Assembly: GCF_006345805.1 (NCBI RefSeq) | Contig: NW_021836316.1 | Span: 3,515-67,514 of the forward strand | DNA length: 64,000 bases | Direction of reading: 5' to 3' | DNA from: Octopus sinensis | Taxonomy: Eukaryota | Shown here: positions 58,397 to 64,000 of the stretch, one piece after another | Layout: each line of letters begins with the position of its first letter | Position numbering within the stretch: position 1 is the stretch's first letter | The notes under the pieces: generated by a model | Told to the model about the DNA's origin: nothing | What the model saw: only the letters and a program-made list of their open reading frames with translations | The model's database searches: none | Made by a program: the position numbers and the translations under genes

Positions 58397-58630
58397 GCAT
58401 ATACGTATGCATATATATATATATATATAAATGTATGTGTATGTACGTATGTATGTATATATATATGTAGGTATATGTATATATCTATATATGTATATGC
58501 ATATCTATGCATGTATATGTGTATGTATATATGTATATATGTATTTATACATACATATATATATATGTATATATGTATGTATCTATGTATATGAACACAC
58601 GTACACACACACCACATATATGTATATGTT
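56290..58630. repeat. ~2.3-kb degenerate (TA)n/(TATG)n/(CA)n low-complexity block
   Basis: Direct reading. Confidence 0.9.
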
Positions 58631-59484
58631 TGTGGCTGTGCCTTTGAGAAATTATAATTAAATGCATAGTAGGTGTTTATGCAAACATGCCACCAGATAC
58701 TATGCAGCATACAGCCGTATGCTTCTCGTATTATTAAAATTACTGTGCAAAACTACGATATTGGATTTAATTAGTTGCAGAGGGAAACTTATAATGATCT
58801 CCATTTTCCAGCAAAATCTTTAATACTCACGCATGTAAAATTGGGCACAAACATGCTTTGCAACATTGCTTAAGACAGCCAGTCCACATGCATCATTGTA
58901 CACGTATGTATATGTGTATATATGTCTGTATGTATATATATATATATATATAAATATATGAGTGTGTGTGTGTTTGTGTATGTGTATGTATGTTTTCTTC
59001 TGTTTTTAATTACTCATATTCTTCCTGTGTTGAAATACGTGGTTTTTAACAAAGATGCTATGCTTCACCATTGGAATATAGATAACATGTCTCATATTAA
59101 ACTTGAGAATAATCAGTCACGTGTATGTATGATCTCTTCTGTTTAAGAGGAAGGAGCCGGGTTCTAAGAAGGATACAAGGCCCCATCTTTGGAATGTAGC
59201 TAACAATAACATATTCACCTTTTAAATTTCCACAGCATTTCCATATTTTTACTGTTCCACTTGCAGATTGAGTCGGATTATTTTTCACATTAAAATGTCA
59301 CTCAGGTTTTTACTTTCAAAACCATGGGTGCCAATTATCATTGGCAAATTTGTAATCTGGATATTGTAGCTGGAAGTTTGGAAGCAGTTGTCCATGTATT
59401 TATGTATGTATGTATGTATGTATGTATGTATGTATGTATGTATGTATGTATGTATGTATGTATGAATGTATGTATGTATGTATG

Positions 59485-59625
59485 CAGCTCGGCAAAACAG
59501 ACTTATAGAATAAGTACTAGGCTTACAAAGAACAAGTCCTGGGGTCGATTTCTCCGACTAAAAAACGCCTTCAAGGCGGTTCTCCAGCATGACCAACAGT
59601 CAAATGAATGAATCAAGTAAGAAAA
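59485..59625 (+). mobile_element. SINE family C 3' fragment
   Basis: AGAATAAGTACTAGGCTTACAAAGAACAAGTCCTGGGGTCGATT...CTCCAGCATGACC. Confidence 0.75.
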
Positions 59626-59638
59626 ATAGAAGAGCAGA

Positions 59639-59669
<31 letters not shown>

Positions 59670-60374
59670 GAATTTCGAAAAAACAGAAGACGAAGACGGG
59701 TGTGTAAACAACAAACAGACGTATTAGTTTAACGCTCGGGAATGTATGTATGTATATATATATATATATATTTATATATACAAATATAAATTTATATCTT
59801 GAGTGACAACAACGCTCAAGATATACAACGGACTGGAAATAGAAGTACTCTAATGAGCTGTATACACTTTTTTATGGGGTCATAGAAACTACTGTAGTAG
59901 ACACAGTATTCCATTTCTCAAACTTTTGAGCGATTATGATTTATAATACAGCTATGAAATTCATTTATTCGCAATAATAATTTAGTTGCAATATTGCATT
60001 AATTATATTTGGAAGGTTTTCAAACAATGAAACATAACATTGTAATATAAGGATAGAATGTACGAAAAATAAGATATCGCTGTCGATCTCATAATTCCTA
60101 TCGAGAGCAGTGTAGCAATAAGCGAGTTTAAGTATATTAGTCTAGCAATTTTCTTCAAAAGTATTTCGTGTAGCTATTTTCCACCAAAATATATTAAAAG
60201 TAAAAGAAAAAATGTAGCAAGGTCAAAATTATATCAGGTTCAAGAAAATACACAGACTTTTTCATATTACACCACTATAAAATTCAATTCGAAGAAGTCC
60301 GTAAATCGCTATGGAGTATAAAATGCCAATATCTCATGGAAACGGGGGTACATATATATCTTATATTCTAATAG

Positions 60375-60488
60375 TTTCACTCTTTGGACTGTTGTCATCC
60401 TGCCGTCATGGCACCAATTCCTATACATGATATTCGATCTGTTCTTTATTCTAACCGTCTCTTTAGCCGGATTGCTACTTTACAGGAG
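60375..60488 (+). CDS. Candidate internal exon of a multi-pass membrane protein
   Basis: Acceptor TTATATTCTAATAG, strong donor AG|GTAAGC, 114 nt, phase 2-2. Open frame FTLWTVVILPSWHQFLYMIFDLFFILTVSLAGLLLYR is TM-like. Confidence 0.5.
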
Positions 60489-61436
60489 GTAAGCATACAA
60501 ACAACGGATGTCAACATGTGGTCGGGACAAATACAGCATAAACGCAAAGACACACACACACATCTATATATATAAATATACTTTTTTATCCGAGGGGAGG
60601 CAATGCTAGCAACAACCACAGGAACATCAGAAATGCCGAGCTTTATAGGTATAATTGAGTATATGAAGATTTGTATGTGTTTGGTCATACTGTGGATTTT
60701 CAGTCCTGTTTTTTTAACTTCATGTGTCCCTTCTGAATTTGTTTTATATTTTGTGTTACATTCGATTTTATTGTAAATAGTTTATTTCATTGTTGTATAT
60801 AATCGTATCATACGACCCCAAATCATGTTGTGCTGTCCCATCTATATTAACCCGCATGGGTAATAAAAAAATCAATGCTGTTGTTTTGGTTGCTATTGAA
60901 CCACGACGTTTCCTCTGATTAAGGTAATGTATGAACTGAAGTACGATACTCTGACAGCGATAACATATTGAGATAAGATATGCTATGGCTATCTATATTT
61001 TCTTTATGAATTTCGTATCTTATATTCAGTAGTGAGGCGTTTACTCACAAAGTCTTCATTGGTAGCTCACGATTTTAGGCAGGATACGTGTAAACATAAG
61101 ATTGGCACCACAAATATGTATTTGATTTTTCATATAACGTTCATATTACGCATTTTCATATTAACTTATGTACTGTCGTTCGTATTTACATCGTTCTTCT
61201 TTAAATGTATTCATAGAAATGATTTAATGTAACAACTTTCATGGAACAACGAATATAATAGGAATCTTCTGTCATACAACATGCTAGATTAGATTATGAA
61301 TGTAGTGCGTATTTATCGAACATGAAATAAGTAGAAAGGAAGAGAAAGACCAATGCATTTACGAAATGGACATAGTTTCATTTGGACTACTGAATAGTCC
61401 TTGTGCAAAGTTGAATTCGCCAGCCTTTTATCACAG

Positions 61437-61475
61437 TATGGCAAATAATTCCGGAACCTTCGAGAAAGCTATTGG
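61437..61475 (+). CDS. Candidate 39-nt exon, phase-compatible with the 60375 exon
   Basis: Acceptor GCCTTTTATCACAG, donor GG|GTAAGA; continues ...LLYRS-MANNSGTFEKAIG. Confidence 0.4.
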
Positions 61476-61878
61476 GTAAGAAACCGCCCACACATTGTTT
61501 GAAGTTCTTAGAATCAAACATGACAAGTCAGCCAGTTTTGTTTGATAGATCCATATTCCCAACTTTTATCGCGGCACAGAGACGTTCATGTCAATACTGT
61601 AGGTCATCGTTCTAAACTGGGATATCCAAGAGAAAAGGATCAAAGCTCAGCAAAAGCCTTACTATAACTCAACTACCTAATGTAAATTTTGCTACAATTG
61701 TTTTAAGATACCAAAGTGTTAACAACACTGATATCAAAACAATTTTGCTGCTATTTCTACTACATGCTGTCTCCTGTTTAGGCTCTTGGAACAGTATATT
61801 CAGATTTACGTGCCATATATATTTTTGTGTTGTAAATTATTATGACTAGGGTTTCTGAAGTTTCAGCATTATGAAATA

Positions 61879-63116
61879 CAGTAGAACCTCGGTTTTCGAA
61901 CAACTCTGATCACGAATAAATCATACATATCTCCTGTCTTTCTCATATTAATTTAATACAGTAGTAGCTCGGTTTACGAACGCCTCTGATCACGAGAAAA
62001 TCGTGCTTTATATATATATATATATTAATAATATATATATAAAAGGAAATGAAGAAAATGCTGACAAATAATTGAAGTAATTAAGTAATTTAATTAGGTG
62101 AAAGTTCTTTTTACCGGTTGCGCATTGTTATACTTATCAAAATATAAAGAGAGATTAGAGTCTGTCTCTTATATGTGAAAAAAAGAGGCTCCAGAGTTGT
62201 TTTGGATTTGCTTGGTTTCGCGCCTAAAATTTTGATTGGTCATTATGAAGGGGTCACGTGAATGTTTGAATGGAAGTTGGTGTTGGGGTAAGAAAAAAGG
62301 CTCCAGAGAAGTTAAAATTTGGCTAGTGTCCCGCCTAAAATTTCTTATTGGCCATAATAAAGAGGTCACGTGAATGTTAGAATTTTCGAAAATAGTGTTG
62401 TTGAAAATTCTTATTGTTCAGCTGGTCAGTAGACGTCATGTGGATATTTTAAATAGCTTTTTAGCGCGTAGTTAGGAGTGTATTTTCCGCTTGACTGGAT
62501 AAGTAAGTTCGTTTAGAACAGGGAGAGCTGTATGTATGTATGTGTGTGTGCGCGCGCGCGCGTGTGTGTGTTATATGTATGTTGGGGCGCGCGCGCGTGT
62601 ATATATGTGTGTGTGTGTGGGTAATTTTCAATATTTATAGTTCTGCTGGCCTTGTGCCTGTATCGGGAAGCAACGTATTTGTGTGAAGTCAATATTTACA
62701 GCCATTTCCCAAAAATAGTGTTGGATGTTTTGCACCCGTATTCAATTATGTGTATGTGTGGAACCATATATTTGTGTGTGTCATGGTGTTAATATCTGGG
62801 TAAAGGTGTGTGTAGGATATATATATATATATATAAAGTTAATCCAAACAAGAAAGCACAAAAAACACAACAACACGAGGACGTGGAACAATTATAGTAT
62901 TGTTGGACGCTCAGGTAGGATGGAAAGAAGGAGGGTTTAACGTTTCGAGCGGAACTCTTCGTCGAAAACATAGGAGAAGGAAAGATCCAGAGAAGGGAAG
63001 ACAGAGGAAAAAAATCGCCAATATATATATATATATATATATAATCTGTATCTATCTATACATATGAAGCACGATTTATTCGCGATCAGATTTGTTCGAA
63101 AACCGAGGTACTACTG
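61879..63116. mobile_element. Tigger/pogo-like non-autonomous DNA element with a duplicated left TIR and nested insertions
   Basis: TA|CAGTAGAACCTCGGTTTTCGAAC...GTTCGAAAACCGAGGTACTACTG|TA; second left TIR copy at 61959-62003. Confidence 0.8.
62838..63020 (-). mobile_element. Second copy of the hammerhead-bearing repeat (motif 62935-62969, core altered to TCGACGA)
   Basis: Reverse complement of 48765-48971; abuts (TA)n. Confidence 0.75.
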
Positions 63117-63834
63117 TAAACCGTCTCCAAAATAGGAAAATAAGAGAAACAAATGTCAAGGATACTTTGAAAAGTAAGCTGATTGTAAGTATAAGTTTGG
63201 TCTATTAAAAAAATGTTTTATTTTGTGACGTTAAGAATATTCAGATAAAATTTTACAAGTGAACCAGCAAACTCTAACTTACACTTCACCTATTAATATA
63301 GATATTTTTCTTGTTAGGTATATTTTCGAAAAATTGTGGCCTCTGATGACATTTCAAAACTGCAGTCATAATTTCCTTTGAAGGTATTTTCTTAAAGTTG
63401 ACTATTAATAAATCACTGTGAACTGCAGATGTTTTGGGTCGAAATACAATGAAGACATCTGCTTATGCAGATAAATTTAAGTTTACTCAATTGTCGAAAA
63501 GGTTTCTTGTTTTAATAATTAACAGTCTTATTGATTTGTTCACACTAGTATCGTACACAAGCAACATATCACAAAACACAAACACATACACAGTCACGCA
63601 AACACTCGTGTATATATGAGTATTTGTATGTTTACACATACACGCTAATATACATATATAAAAATATATTTTATATGTATGCGCATACATAATCAGACTA
63701 GGAAACTCATTCAAACAGAAGTAAATATATACATGCGTACGCACACATGAATGTATATAATATACATAACTGACTATATCCCAGTCAGACTCTCCCTTTT
63801 TCACTATATATGCATACACACACACTCGCACATG

Positions 63835-63968
<134 letters not shown>

Positions 63969-64000
63969 ATCTCATTCTATATTTCTATACATATATTTCT

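Noticed and set aside
59266-59330. Strong acceptor (TTCCACTTGCAG) as an upstream exon for the 60375 exon
   Set aside because: The only phase-compatible donor is weak (AG|GTTTTT)

Overview
This is AT-rich eukaryotic intronic or intergenic DNA. The SINE families, microsatellite load and transposon mix point to a coleoid cephalopod, most likely Octopus (inference from recognising the repeats, no database search). Most of the window is repeat. It holds at least four tRNA-headed SINE families, several with clear target-site duplications, and SINE multimers that share one junction. It also holds a decayed CR1-clade APE-RT LINE (~21.0-23.6 kb), a 5'-truncated R4/Dong RLE LINE inserted in (TAA)n, RTE fragments, rearranged Penelope-like elements (PLE), three mariner relics, a Tigger/pogo-like element, a non-autonomous Helitron, a piggyBac-type MITE and two unclassified foldback elements. 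No intact gene is visible, only a few candidate exons (a fibrinogen-like exon on the minus strand at ~9.1 kb, and membrane-protein exons on the plus strand at ~60.4 and ~61.4 kb). The most notable signal is six type I hammerhead ribozyme-like motifs from about five unrelated sequence families. One has a U3:A8 compensatory core, one sits in a perfect 122-bp palindrome, and one lies near an inverted tRNA-like head. Together they suggest a dense set of non-autonomous, ribozyme-bearing PLE or retrozyme-like elements, many abutting (TA)n. Nearly all ORFs in the supplied track are microsatellite or SINE artefacts.
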